Origin: Candidatus Parcubacteria bacterium
GTDB lineage: Bacteria > Patescibacteriota > Patescibacteriia > CAIXNZ01
NCBI GenBank assembly: GCA_026395685.1
Contig: JAPLYG010000001.1
Location: 7,862 to 71,861, forward strand
Direction: 5' to 3'
DNA: 64,000 nt
The position numbers and the translations under genes are program-made. Below, one piece after another: positions 9,872 to 20,613 of the stretch (positions are counted from its first letter, which is position 1; every line of letters begins with the position of its first letter). The notes beneath the pieces were generated by a model. It was given only the letters and a program-made list of their open reading frames with translations. It was not told the origin of the DNA and made no database searches.

Positions 9872-11869
9872 ATGGCAAGCGCAATCAATGGTAAAAAAAT
9901 AAAAGCATTGCAGCGCCAATCTGATTTGCAAGAAAAATCAGTAATTAATGATTCTTTGGCCAACTTTTATAATGCCACGGAGCATTCATTCTCCGGCATT
10001 TTTATTTTGGACAATGATTTTAATATTATTTATCTGAATGAAGCAGCGGCTAAAAATCATGGCTATGCCAGGGAGAAGATCGGGATTAAAAATTTTTTTG
10101 ATTTAATCAATTGCCAATCAAATAATAAACAAAATAAGATTTTAGCCAGGTTGCAGAAAGGAGAGTGGATCGGCAAAATCAAAATAGATGGCGCTTCGGG
10201 CGACAGGATGAAATATGAAATTTATATCAATAAAATACAGCAAATTGGAAACGGACGACAGTCCTTTTTGGCCATAGAAAACCAAATTCTTGATTCAACC
10301 AAAACAGAAGAAAAATTGAGGCAGTCAGAGGAACGTTTCAGGATAATTTTTGAAAACGCGCCCGAAACGATTTATTTGAATGATCTGAAGGGAACATTTA
10401 TTGCCGGCAATAGAGCCTCGGAAATATTGACCGGTTATAAAAGAAACGAGCTGATAGGTAAAAGTTTTCTCAAATTGAAGCTGATTAGCCCCCAGCAAAT
10501 ACTCAAAGCGGCAGAGCTTTTAGCTGCTAATGCTTTAGGCAAACCGACTGGCCCTAATGAATTTAAATTAAGACGTAAAGACGGCGCAACAGTCATAGTT
10601 GAAATAAGCACTTATCCTGTTAAATTAAACGATAAAACCACAATTTTGGGCATTGCTAGGGATATCTCGGAAAGAAAATCCATGGAAAATAAGCTGGCTG
10701 AAAGCGAGGCAAAATACCGCTCTTTGGTTGAAGAAACAAGCGATATTATTTACTCTGCAGATTTGGACGGCAACTTGACTTATATCAGTCCGCAAATTGC
10801 CAAATTAGGATATCGCCCCAAAGAGCTTATCGGAAAAAATTTCCTCCAATTCATTCATCAAAGCGATAGGAATAAAGTAATTAATGATTTTAAAAAAACC
10901 ATCACAACAGGGCAGGAATTACCAACCCAATTCAGGCTCATATCAGACAATAAAAAAAACAATTATCGCTGGGTTGAAGAAACTGATAAAGTTATCAGGA
11001 ATCGCCAGAACAACATAGTCGGTGTCACCGGCATAGTTAGGGATATTACTGAACGCAAGATTATTGAAAAACAATTGGCAAAATTAAATAATGAGCTGGA
11101 TCGTAAAGTTGAACAAAGAACCAGGCAATTAAAAATAGCCTTAACAGAGTTAAAAAGCCTGGATGCTTTAAAGGATGAATTTTTGAATATTTCCGCTCAC
11201 GAGTTAAAAACGCCCCTAACTTCTATTATCGGTTTGACCGAATTAATGATCCTAAAAAAACAGGGTTCAATTAATAACCAGCAGGAAAAAAGCCTGCAGA
11301 TTGTCAATAATGAATCAAACAGGCTTTTAAATATTATTAAAAAGATTTTAAATATTACCCGTATTGAGGCCAAAAAAGCTGTCTTTGACCTGCAATTATT
11401 AAATCCCTGTGATTTATTGCCCAAGGTCGTGGAATCGCTTAAAACCATTGCCAAGGGCTTAGAAGTTAAAATAATCTGCCAACGGCCACATGGGAAATTT
11501 TTAGTTAAGGCTGATCCGGAAAAATTGCAGGAAGTGGTATATAACCTGATTGATAATGCATTAAAATTCAGCCCGCCCAACAGCAAGGTTCTTGTTTCCG
11601 GTGAAATTAAGGATAAGAACTTTATTTTCAGTGTCAAAGACCAGGGGCATGGCATTGACCCTGCTTCAAAAAAACGGCTCTTCCAAAAATTTTCCCAGTT
11701 GGATACCGGCTTCAGCCGCCAGCAGGAAGGCACGGGACTGGGCTTGTATATCAGCAAAATCATGATAGACAGCATGGGGGGCAAAATATGGGTTGAGTCA
11801 GAACTCGGCAAAGGCGCGACTTTTATATTCAGCTTGCCTATCGCTAAAAAAAAGAAAAACGCCGGCTAA
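9872..11869 (+). CDS. Multi-PAS sensor histidine kinase
   Basis: Three PAS-like segments. HisKA H-box 'SAHELKTPLTS'. HATPase_c N-box 'YNLIDNALKFS' and G-boxes 'DQGHGI' and 'GTGLGLYISK'. Confidence 0.85.
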   Translation: MASAINGKKIKALQRQSDLQEKSVINDSLANFYNATEHSFSGIFILDNDFNIIYLNEAAAKNHGYAREKIGIKNFFDLINCQSNNKQNKILARLQKGEWIGKIKIDGASGDRMKYEIYINKIQQIGNGRQSFLAIENQILDSTKTEEKLRQSEERFRIIFENAPETIYLNDLKGTFIAGNRASEILTGYKRNELIGKSFLKLKLISPQQILKAAELLAANALGKPTGPNEFKLRRKDGATVIVEISTYPVKLNDKTTILGIARDISERKSMENKLAESEAKYRSLVEETSDIIYSADLDGNLTYISPQIAKLGYRPKELIGKNFLQFIHQSDRNKVINDFKKTITTGQELPTQFRLISDNKKNNYRWVEETDKVIRNRQNNIVGVTGIVRDITERKIIEKQLAKLNNELDRKVEQRTRQLKIALTELKSLDALKDEFLNISAHELKTPLTSIIGLTELMILKKQGSINNQQEKSLQIVNNESNRLLNIIKKILNITRIEAKKAVFDLQLLNPCDLLPKVVESLKTIAKGLEVKIICQRPHGKFLVKADPEKLQEVVYNLIDNALKFSPPNSKVLVSGEIKDKNFIFSVKDQGHGIDPASKKRLFQKFSQLDTGFSRQQEGTGLGLYISKIMIDSMGGKIWVESELGKGATFIFSLPIAKKKKNAG

Positions 11870-11890
11870 TAAGCTGGCGTTTTGCATAGG

Positions 11891-12253
11891 TTAGGCGTTT
11901 TTTCCCAAAGATTGCCTGACGAAATTTTCAAGCACATCGTCTTGCCACGGTTTGGGTGTAAAAAGTATTCCGCTGGGAGCCTCTCTTGCCTGAAGATTGC
12001 CTGAAATCAGTATCACGGGCAATGCCGGATAGGTCTCTTTTACTTTGGAAATCAATTCCAATCCTGTCATTCCCGGCATTTTATGGTCAGTGATCAGCAG
12101 GTCAAATTGTTGCTTTTGCAACAAGATTAAAGCCTTTTCCCCGCTTTCCGCCTGTATAAATTCAACCCCCAATTTCCTTAATGCGCGGCAAATGGCTTTA
12201 CGCACATATTCTTCATCGTCAACGAGCAAAATTTGCTTCTTGGCCTCACTCAT
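11891..12253 (-). CDS. Single-domain response regulator (CheY-like receiver), convergent with the histidine kinase
   Basis: 'ILLVDDEEYV', 'LLITDHKMPGMTGLEL' and 'VILISG'. Confidence 0.8.
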   Translation of the reverse strand: MSEAKKQILLVDDEEYVRKAICRALRKLGVEFIQAESGEKALILLQKQQFDLLITDHKMPGMTGLELISKVKETYPALPVILISGNLQAREAPSGILFTPKPWQDDVLENFVRQSLGKNA

Positions 12254-12518
12254 TTTAACCTCCTTTATAATTTAGAATCTTACAATAAATCTCTTGCCCC
12301 CGATATGGAGATATCTTAGTATGAATTAGATTATTTATCAACCCTAAAGCCTGGTAAAGTTGTCCTATCTGCAGTTATGAGTTTCGCAATTTATACGGGC
12401 AATAAAGGGTTAATAAATGCTTGAATTTTATTAGGAAAAACGGCTTTTTTTCGTTTGACTCAGCGCAATTTTAGGCGTAAAATAAGAATAAATTAGCTTA
12501 ATTTTAAACTTCTCAAAT

Positions 12519-15422
12519 ATGGACAAAAAGCACCAAATCTTAAGAACGCCACAAATAGACAGTGATATAACAGATTCTGCTAAAAACAAGCTGAAGAAAG
12601 GGCTTGTTAGTTTGGTTCAGAAATTCAAGGAAGAAGACGGCTGGTCAAAGTCTGAAGAACATGTTCAGACCAGCTTTACGATTAAGTTACTGGAATTGCT
12701 GGGCTGGGATAGTTCAAGCTGGAATATCAACCAAGGACAGGATGTTAAGACTGGCAAAAAGCCCGATATAGTTTTAAAATCAAGCACATCCAAACTTTTA
12801 GTTATTGAGTCTAAGGATGCCCACAAAAAAGACATGCTTGACGGAGCATATCAGACCAAAACTTTTGTAGAGCAGTTATTAAAATATTGTTCTGGTGAGG
12901 GTGTGGCCTGGGGCGTACTGACTAATTTCGTGGAATGGCGACTGTACAGCTTTTATCAGGGGCGATTATATAAAAACAAAAAGTATGCCTTTTATGATTT
13001 GCTTTGGCCGAACGCCAACAAAGAAGATTATATTGATTTGCTTTCAGAAGATGGTTTAAACTTCTTACTCAAGCTCTCTAAAAGTTTCTTACTGCAAACT
13101 CAGGGCAGAATTGATCAGGATACTATTTATTATCCAGTTCAGCAGGATTTGGGCGTGGAAAAAATAAAGAAAGAATTTTTTGAAAAGATTAAAGTTTGGC
13201 GGTCATCCTTGCGTAAATATTTATTAAAGAATTATCCTCGCATTGAGGCTGATGATATTGATTTATTAGCACAGAAAATTTTAGACCGCTTAATCTTCAT
13301 GGACATCTGCCATGACAAGCATGTAATTGGCGAAGACATTATTGGTCAGGTTAAGGAATCAAAGTTGCCCAAGTATCAGGAATTGAAACTCAAGTTTAAA
13401 CAGATGGATGATAAGTTTAATACCGAGCTTTTCACATTTAAAGATTACAGCCAAGTCAATGAAGAAGATATTAAGATCAATGACGAAGTTATCCTACCAA
13501 TAATCACAGACTTGATAGAAATTGATTTTTCTAAATTAAGCGTTCATATTATCGGCGAAGTTTACGAGAATTATTTGGGCGAATTGGCCAAGTCCAGAAC
13601 TACTGATTCCGCCTCCGCTAAAGCTTCGGCGGACAGGGAAAAGAAAATCAGCGATAAGCAGAAACAAAAACGAAAATCCCAGGGTATTTACTATACTCCC
13701 GATTACATTGTTGACTACATTGTGAAAAATACAATCGGTGAGATATTGAAACAGGCAAAAACTGTTGAAGAAATAGAAAAAATAAGAGTCATAGATCCTG
13801 CCTGTGGATCAGGTTCTTTCCTTATCAGAGCATTTGATGAGTTTTTAAATGCATATATGCGGGTTCACAGAGAAGGCGGTCTGTTTGCTTTTGAATTAAA
13901 AAAGAAAATCTTGCAGAAGAATCTGTTTGGGGTTGATTTGGATGCCAAAGCCGTGGAAATTACAAAGTTGAATCTGCTGATTAAGGCTTTGGATGGCACC
14001 AAACCTGAAGATCTTAAGGGTAAACACCTTTTGCCTAATTTAAACTTGAACATTCGCTGTGGTAATTCATTGATTGGCGGTGAAAAATTACAGGATAAAG
14101 AGCAAAGCTTAAATCTTTTTGATAATTATAAAACTGAAGTTAATAAATTAGCTGACTTAAAGATTAGTTTTTACAAAGAATCAGATGATCAGAAGAAAAA
14201 GGACTTGCTGACAGAAATTGGCACATTGGAAATGGTGATTAATAAAAATCTTAACGGTGGGTTGAGCAAATACTTCTCCAACTTATCAAAAGTTGATCCC
14301 TTTAATTATTTCGTCGCATTTTGTTAAATATTTAATGATGGTGGGTTTGACGCAATAATCGGTAATCCGCCATATGGAGCTGAACTGAATGATAATGAAA
14401 AGGAATTTTATGCTAATAATTTTGGGGTCGGTTCAACTGATACTGCAATCCTGTTTATCAAGCGTTCATTTGATATTTTAAAGGATGAAAGTAAATTCGG
14501 ATTTATTGTCCCTAAAGCTTTTTGTTTTGCCTCTAATTACGAAAAAATCAGGGATTATGTTTGGAATAATCTGGAACAGATTGTGGACTGCAATAAAGTA
14601 TGGAAAGAAGTCAAACTCGAACAGCTTATATTTATAATCAACAAAGAAAAGAAATCTAAAAAATACTTATCCGCTAATTTTAAGAATAAGCAATTAAACA
14701 TCCTCGGCGATATTGATAAATCCGATGCAAAAGAATTTGGTTTCTTTTTAAATAGTGTTTCACCCGACGAAGTTGAAATCGCTAAAAAGATAAAATCAAA
14801 TTCACTTATGCTTAATGATATTGCCACTAATCAGAGGGGTGCAATTTTACAAAAACATATTTCAGACAAGGGCGAACTTGAGGTTATTGGCGGAGCGCAA
14901 GTACAGAGATTTGGAATTGATGGGATTAAGGGTAAAATTGACAAGAGTAAAATAGACAATGATCAAGCTTATTTAAAAGATAATTCTGTCTTAGTCCAGA
15001 ATATTGTCGCTCATATAGAAAATCCTGTTGACCATATTTTAATTATTGCAGGAATACCTGAAAAAGCAGACTATATTTTAGTGGATACCGTAAATCAAAT
15101 AACTTTACAAAAAGAGTTCTCGCCTTATTTTATTTGGTGTCTTCTAAATTCTAAGATAATTAACTGGTATGCTTATAGGTTCATTTTTGGTAAAGCTATT
15201 AGAACTATGCATTTTGATAATTCAGTGACTGCACGATTGCCTATTCCTAAGGCCACGAAGCAGGAGAAAAATTTATTAATTCAAAAGGCAAAGGAATTCT
15301 TGAAATTGGTAAAACAGAACCCAAGTGAGGATAAAATAAATGCGGTTAATTACGAAATTGACAAGGTGGTTTATAATTTGTTCGGATTGACTGATAATGA
15401 AATTAATTTATTATTTAAATAA
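12519..15422 (+). pseudogene. Type IIG restriction-modification enzyme (MmeI/Eco57I-like: PD-ExK nuclease, gamma-class N6-adenine MTase, TRD) interrupted by one in-frame TAA at 14325-14327
   Basis: N-terminal 'PDIVLK...VIESK' nuclease core. MTase motif I 'IDPACGSGSFL' lies upstream of the stop, and motif IV 'GNPPYG' (14358-14378) lies downstream of it in the same frame. The reading frame continues to 15422. The ORF track splits this into 12519-14327 and 14583-15422. Confidence 0.6.
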
Positions 15423-15437
15423 TCTAACTATAAAAAT

Positions 15438-16472
15438 ATGGATGACCGTAAAATACAAGAGATAAGAGAAGGATTACAAAGTTCTCATGTGAATTTTTTA
15501 TTTGGAGCGGGCTTGTCAACACCATATTTGCCATTGCTTGGCGATATTGAGATAAGATTATCAAGAGAAAGGAAATCCGCTGAAAGAATAAAGATAAAGA
15601 AGGAATACTTTGAAAAAGTCATGATCCCCAATTTAGAAATCATAAATAATGATATTACTAGTTCAAAACAGAATGATTTTAATATTACACAAAAAGCATA
15701 TAAAGATTTTTTTGAGCTTATTGGTCACATTTTACTTCACAGAAAAAATACTATTTTAAGTAAACAAGTAAATATCTTTACAACTAATATTGACATTCTA
15801 ATGGAAGTAGCATTAGAGGAACTTAACATGGAATACAATGATGGATTCTCTGGTAGACTAAATTCAGTTTTTAGTTTAAGTAATTTCAAGCGGTCTATTT
15901 TAAAACGAAGCTTGCACTATGAAAATGTATCGGAGGTGCCTATTTTCAATCTGGTAAAAATACACGGTTCCCTTACTTGGAAGAAAATTGAAGACAAGAT
16001 ATTTTTCTCTAAATTAACCCATTTTGATAAATCATTACTAAAAAAGTCTGGGAAAAAATTTGATGACAATTACAAAAAATTAGCAATAGTGAATCCTGAA
16101 AAGAAAAAACTTGAAGAAACCGTAATGGATCTGACTTATTATGAATTACTCAGAATGTATTCTAGTGAATTAGAGAAAGAAAATGTCATTTTATTTATTA
16201 TGGGTTTTTCAATGGAAGATGAACATATAAGAGAAATAACTATTAGGGGTGCTAATTCAAATCCCACATTAAAAATCTATCTTATTAGTCACGAAAAAGA
16301 TACTAATTTAGATCTGGCAAGAAAAATGGAAATCGGAAAATTGAGATATTCAAATATTGAAATAGTAGAACCTGAAGATGGAGAACAAAATAGCAAATTA
16401 AGTCTAACTGTAATTACAAAATTGATTTTCGAAAAAGTGGTTAAGAACATTGCTCATGACAACAAAGATTAA
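15438..16472 (+). CDS. SIR2-family NADase (defence-associated sirtuin) of a SIR2-HerA pair
   Basis: SIR2 signature motifs 'FLFGAGLST', 'FTTNIDILME' (TTNxD) and 'KIHGSL'. Confidence 0.8.
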   Translation: MDDRKIQEIREGLQSSHVNFLFGAGLSTPYLPLLGDIEIRLSRERKSAERIKIKKEYFEKVMIPNLEIINNDITSSKQNDFNITQKAYKDFFELIGHILLHRKNTILSKQVNIFTTNIDILMEVALEELNMEYNDGFSGRLNSVFSLSNFKRSILKRSLHYENVSEVPIFNLVKIHGSLTWKKIEDKIFFSKLTHFDKSLLKKSGKKFDDNYKKLAIVNPEKKKLEETVMDLTYYELLRMYSSELEKENVILFIMGFSMEDEHIREITIRGANSNPTLKIYLISHEKDTNLDLARKMEIGKLRYSNIEIVEPEDGEQNSKLSLTVITKLIFEKVVKNIAHDNKD

Positions 16473-18366
16473 TCCAATTGAAAAAGAATTAGTTAGGGAG
16501 TCAATTTTTATAATTGGACATGTTTTGTCTGTAGAGGGTAGGATTGTCAAAATTAAATTAAATAAAGATAAGAATCATTCCCACATACTGTACGAGGGTA
16601 AAACGGTAAAAAATGTTTCAGTTGGTGGTTATGTAAAAATCATTAAAGGTTTTGTTAGTATTATTGGTAAGGTTGAGGGAGAATATATTACTGAAGAAAA
16701 ATACATCAATAGAGAATATAACAAAGAAGAGATAAAAATAAATAGAATTTTGCAGGTTTCTCTTTTTGGTCATTTTGAAGGTGGTTGTTTTAGACAGGGT
16801 ATTAAAGAAATGCCACTTATTGATAACGAGTGTTATCTTTTAAATAGAGAAGAGTTCAACACCCTTCATCAGTTCTATAAAAATAGTCAGAAGTCGATAG
16901 TCATAGGAAGTTTAACAGAAGAACCTTCGCAAAAGATACGACTAGGTGTCAATAATTTATTTGCTAGTCACATAGGAATATTTGGCAATACAGGAAGTGG
17001 TAAATCAAACACATTAGCCAAAATTTACACTGAATTATTTATAGAATTTGATGATAACGAGGAGTTTAAAGCTAAATCTGATTTCGTGATTATTGATTTT
17101 AATGGTGAATATATAGGTAGGGATATAATTACCAATAATAAAACTGTTTACGAATTATCTACAGGTAAAGAAGGAAGTAAGAAAAAATATCCAATAACTA
17201 GAGAAAATCTTAATAAGGTTGAAGTGTTATCCGTTTTATTAGAAGCTACGGAAAAGACTCAAAAGCCTTTTCTGGATAGGGTTGTAAGAAATGATTACTT
17301 AAATGACGTCGATAAATTTAATAGTAGGGTAATTTCTGATATAGAAGATATTTGCAGAAACATTATTGACAAAAAAGACAAAAATATGCGAGAAGGAGTT
17401 GTGGTTGAGTTATTTGGACGAATTTCAGATTTAGTTTTAGATGAAAGTAAAGATGGGATAACAAATTTAAAAAAAGAAATTGAAAATAATTTGCATTTCT
17501 TTTCAGGTACTGGTGGTACCCCCGAATATTACTGGGCAAATTCCTCAGATTCAAATAATTTTAATAACAAGACACCAATTTATGATAATAAAATAAAAAC
17601 CGTAGTGGATGGTTTAAAATTTAAAAGTGATGAGTTTAGTAAATTAAAACTAAAGATTATACTCAATTATTTTCACGAGACTATTAAGGGATACTCAAAT
17701 CAGGAACACATTGCCCCTTTAATCGGCAGAACTTTTAGAAAATTCGATATGCTTGAAAAGTTAATTGAGATTAATGAAGAAGTAGACTCAAATAACTTAT
17801 CAATTGTTTGTTTGAGAAATGTAAATATTGAAATGAAAAAGATAATTCCTCTTATTGTTTCTAAGCAACTATACGAGAGGAAAAAAGAGATAAATGGGAA
17901 AAAATCATTGCATATCATTGTTGATGAAGCACATAATATTCTTTCAACGATGTCGCAAAGGGAAAGTGAAACATGGAAAGATTATCGCCTAGAAACATTT
18001 GAAGAAATAATTAAAGAAGGTAGAAAATTTGGTGTCTTTTTGACCATCGCAAGCCAAAGGCCATATGATATTTCCTCTACAATCATTTCTCAATTGCACA
18101 ATTATTTCATCCATAGACTAATTAATGATAATGATATTAATGCGGTTGAGAAGGCGGTTTCTTATCTTGATAAGCTATCATTTCAAACTATCCCAATATT
18201 ATCAGTTGGAAGTTGTTTTGTTGCTGGATTAGCTTCGGATATACCTATTAAAGTCGATATTGATCCACTGGAAAAAAACAAAAGACCAAAGAGCGAGACT
18301 GTTGATTTAGAAAATGCGTGGACAAAAATTTTGTCGCCAAATAATCGAAAATCAAGCAAACAATAG
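16450..18366 (+). CDS. HerA/DUF87-family ATPase partner of SIR2
   Basis: Walker A 'GNTGSGKSNTL'. Walker B 'LHIIVDEAHNI'. Size (638 aa) and 23-nt overlap with the SIR2 gene, typical of an operon. Confidence 0.8.
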   Translation: MLMTTKINPIEKELVRESIFIIGHVLSVEGRIVKIKLNKDKNHSHILYEGKTVKNVSVGGYVKIIKGFVSIIGKVEGEYITEEKYINREYNKEEIKINRILQVSLFGHFEGGCFRQGIKEMPLIDNECYLLNREEFNTLHQFYKNSQKSIVIGSLTEEPSQKIRLGVNNLFASHIGIFGNTGSGKSNTLAKIYTELFIEFDDNEEFKAKSDFVIIDFNGEYIGRDIITNNKTVYELSTGKEGSKKKYPITRENLNKVEVLSVLLEATEKTQKPFLDRVVRNDYLNDVDKFNSRVISDIEDICRNIIDKKDKNMREGVVVELFGRISDLVLDESKDGITNLKKEIENNLHFFSGTGGTPEYYWANSSDSNNFNNKTPIYDNKIKTVVDGLKFKSDEFSKLKLKIILNYFHETIKGYSNQEHIAPLIGRTFRKFDMLEKLIEINEEVDSNNLSIVCLRNVNIEMKKIIPLIVSKQLYERKKEINGKKSLHIIVDEAHNILSTMSQRESETWKDYRLETFEEIIKEGRKFGVFLTIASQRPYDISSTIISQLHNYFIHRLINDNDINAVEKAVSYLDKLSFQTIPILSVGSCFVAGLASDIPIKVDIDPLEKNKRPKSETVDLENAWTKILSPNNRKSSKQ

Positions 18367-18436
18367 TTTGTATAAAACACCACTCTCTTAATTAATTCTA
18401 TTAACATTGATAGAATAGATTGTCATTTTAAATAAT

Positions 18437-19906
18437 ATGCCACACCAAATTATAAAATTTTCAGAATATTTTAATCTAAATAAGAGTCAGTACGAACTTG
18501 ATTTTGTTGATGTTCCTATAAATAATGGCGATGTGCCTTTATTTATTGATCCCTATGCAATATCTAAAAGAACTGATTATTGGTCAATTGAGTGTCATAA
18601 TGCAATCGTAGATTTCTTTCAATATTTAATTGATCAAATTAGCCAAGGCAACACTCAACAAGCCAGGAATGCTTTATCTGGTTTAAGGGAGCCAAATCAA
18701 ACCAGATTAGGCATGTCTACTGGAAATAAGCCAAGAGGACGAGGTATCGGGAATGAGCAATCTGAATTTTTATTTTTAGCATTATCAGAAAGCACCGCTG
18801 TAAGAACTGGATTCATAAAAGATCTAGAAGAATGTGAACTTTTAATTGAGGGTATTGGCCGTGATAAAATTTCCGATATAGCCACAAATATAATCAGACA
18901 TAAATTAATTGAGTATACTCAAATACAGTGTGAACTTTGGAATATCACATTAAACTCGGTTCCAAGTGGGATGACATGGAATCAAGATTTAAATGAATGG
19001 GAGAATGAATATGTTAATCTGCCAGTATGTAATTCTAATAGTGTTATTTTAATCCCAAAGGCAATAGCTAGATTTGATATTGAATTTGATTATCAAGAAT
19101 ATTATCAACACTTCGTATTGAATTTTCTTCAATCCGAAGAATTATCTGCAAATTCTTCACTGGTTAGAACTTTAAAAAATGGGACTAAAAAACCACCCTA
19201 CAAAAAAGCTTTAAAGGAAAAATATCCTTTAACCAAGAAATATCTTTATGAATTTTCTAAAGAGCACCCAGATATATTAAGTAATTATAAAACTAGCAAA
19301 GGCTATAATTTAAGAGAATTAAGCGTAGAGGATATTTTATTTTTCGCTTATAAACAAGAGACAAATAGAAGCATTGATTATAATACTTTAAAGAATAAGT
19401 TAAATACCATTCAAACTGGAGACTCAGCCGCTAATCAATATCATGATTATATTATAGGAGCGATGACGGCAATATTTTATCCTTACCTTATCAACCCTAA
19501 AAAAGAGCAGGAAATTCATGATGGAAGGAAAAGAATTGATATAGTATTCCAAAATTCAGCACATGACGGTTTCTTTTTTGAATTACCGAATACTAAATCG
19601 GTTCCGTCCGGGTATATATTTGTCGAGTGTAAGAATTACGCAAGTGATCCCGCCAACCCTGCATTGGATCAATTGTCTGGAAGATTTTCAACTAATAGAG
19701 GTAAATTCGGATTTTTAGTGTGTAGGTCATTTAGCAATAAAGATTTATTTATACAAAGATGCAAAGACACAGCACAAGATGATAGAGGTTTTATTGTCGC
19801 ACTAGACGACGATGACATTGAAAAGTTATTAGAATTTAGAAGTAATAATAATTATGCTGGCATTAATACTTTTTTAGATGATAGATTTAAAGAATTGGTA
19901 ATGTAA
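18437..19906 (+). CDS. Hypothetical protein with C-terminal PD-(D/E)xK nuclease-like core
   Basis: 'RIDIVFQN...GYIFVECKNY' (D...E-x-K) near the C-terminus. The N-terminal 330 aa are unrecognised. Confidence 0.4.
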   Translation: MPHQIIKFSEYFNLNKSQYELDFVDVPINNGDVPLFIDPYAISKRTDYWSIECHNAIVDFFQYLIDQISQGNTQQARNALSGLREPNQTRLGMSTGNKPRGRGIGNEQSEFLFLALSESTAVRTGFIKDLEECELLIEGIGRDKISDIATNIIRHKLIEYTQIQCELWNITLNSVPSGMTWNQDLNEWENEYVNLPVCNSNSVILIPKAIARFDIEFDYQEYYQHFVLNFLQSEELSANSSLVRTLKNGTKKPPYKKALKEKYPLTKKYLYEFSKEHPDILSNYKTSKGYNLRELSVEDILFFAYKQETNRSIDYNTLKNKLNTIQTGDSAANQYHDYIIGAMTAIFYPYLINPKKEQEIHDGRKRIDIVFQNSAHDGFFFELPNTKSVPSGYIFVECKNYASDPANPALDQLSGRFSTNRGKFGFLVCRSFSNKDLFIQRCKDTAQDDRGFIVALDDDDIEKLLEFRSNNNYAGINTFLDDRFKELVM

Positions 19907-19912
19907 TATAAT

Positions 19913-20329
19913 ATGCTTAAAGAATCACAAGTTGAAAATATTTTGAGAGGATACTTAATTAGTAAAGGATGGCGATTAACAAACTTGCCTAAAGGTATTG
20001 GTGAAGGTGGTATTGATATTAAAGGTTATCATCCTATTAAAAGGAAGGTTTTATTGGTAGAGGTTAAAGGTGACGGGAAAGCAAAGAATCAAACACTGCA
20101 TAATGGTTTTTACACTATTTTAGGCCAGATACTTTTTCGCATGGATAAACAAGGTAATGATCAGAAGAAGGCTAGAACCTATGCCTTAGCCATCCCTGCA
20201 AATTGGGAGGATGCGTTTACTAAGAAAATCAAACAAATGCCATACGGCTGGAGTTTATTGCGATTAAAAGTCTTTTTAGTTTCAAATAGAAGCGTTGAAG
20301 AAAAAAATTATAAATATTTTTTAAAATAA
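19913..20329 (+). CDS. Small PD-(D/E)xK-fold protein (YraN/Hjc-like mini-nuclease)
   Basis: 'ENILRGYLISKGWRL...GEGGIDIKGY...LLVEVKGDGKA' resembles the UPF0102/YraN layout. Starts 7 nt after the previous gene. Confidence 0.4.
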   Translation: MLKESQVENILRGYLISKGWRLTNLPKGIGEGGIDIKGYHPIKRKVLLVEVKGDGKAKNQTLHNGFYTILGQILFRMDKQGNDQKKARTYALAIPANWEDAFTKKIKQMPYGWSLLRLKVFLVSNRSVEEKNYKYFLK

Positions 20330-20342
20330 TTAAATATAAATT

Positions 20343-20540
20343 ATGCTCACCTCAAAAATCAAAGTCCTAAACGAAGAAAAAATTGCCAATATAATTTTGG
20401 ATTTAGAACGCGGGAAATTAAAAATTCCAAGATTTCAGCGTCAATTTGTTTGGGAGCGGTCAAAAATTATTAAACTTTTAGATAGCATCTATCAGGAGTT
20501 TCCGATCGGCAGTTTTTTCGGGGGAATGACTTGTGGATAA
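20343..20540 (+). pseudogene. Truncated DUF262 (GmrSD/ParB-like type IV restriction N-domain) fragment
   Basis: 'IPRFQRQFVWERSKIIKLLDSIYQEFPIG' is the DUF262 signature. The ORF stops after 65 aa, whereas intact family members are several hundred aa. Confidence 0.5.
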
Positions 20541-20613
20541 GTATTGTTGTGTTCGGCTTTTGTTCGGGATATAATATTAATAACAAAATATCTCTAAGTA
20601 TTATTCATATTCT

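Noticed and set aside
9300-11811. Minus-strand ORFs 9300-9797 and 11197-11811
   Set aside because: They are antisense to the well-supported response-regulator and histidine-kinase genes and have no motifs.
12340-12360. 'CCTGGTAA' near 12.35 kb as a possible left att repeat of the island
   Set aside because: Only 8 nt matches the tRNA-Glu sequence, which is not meaningful.
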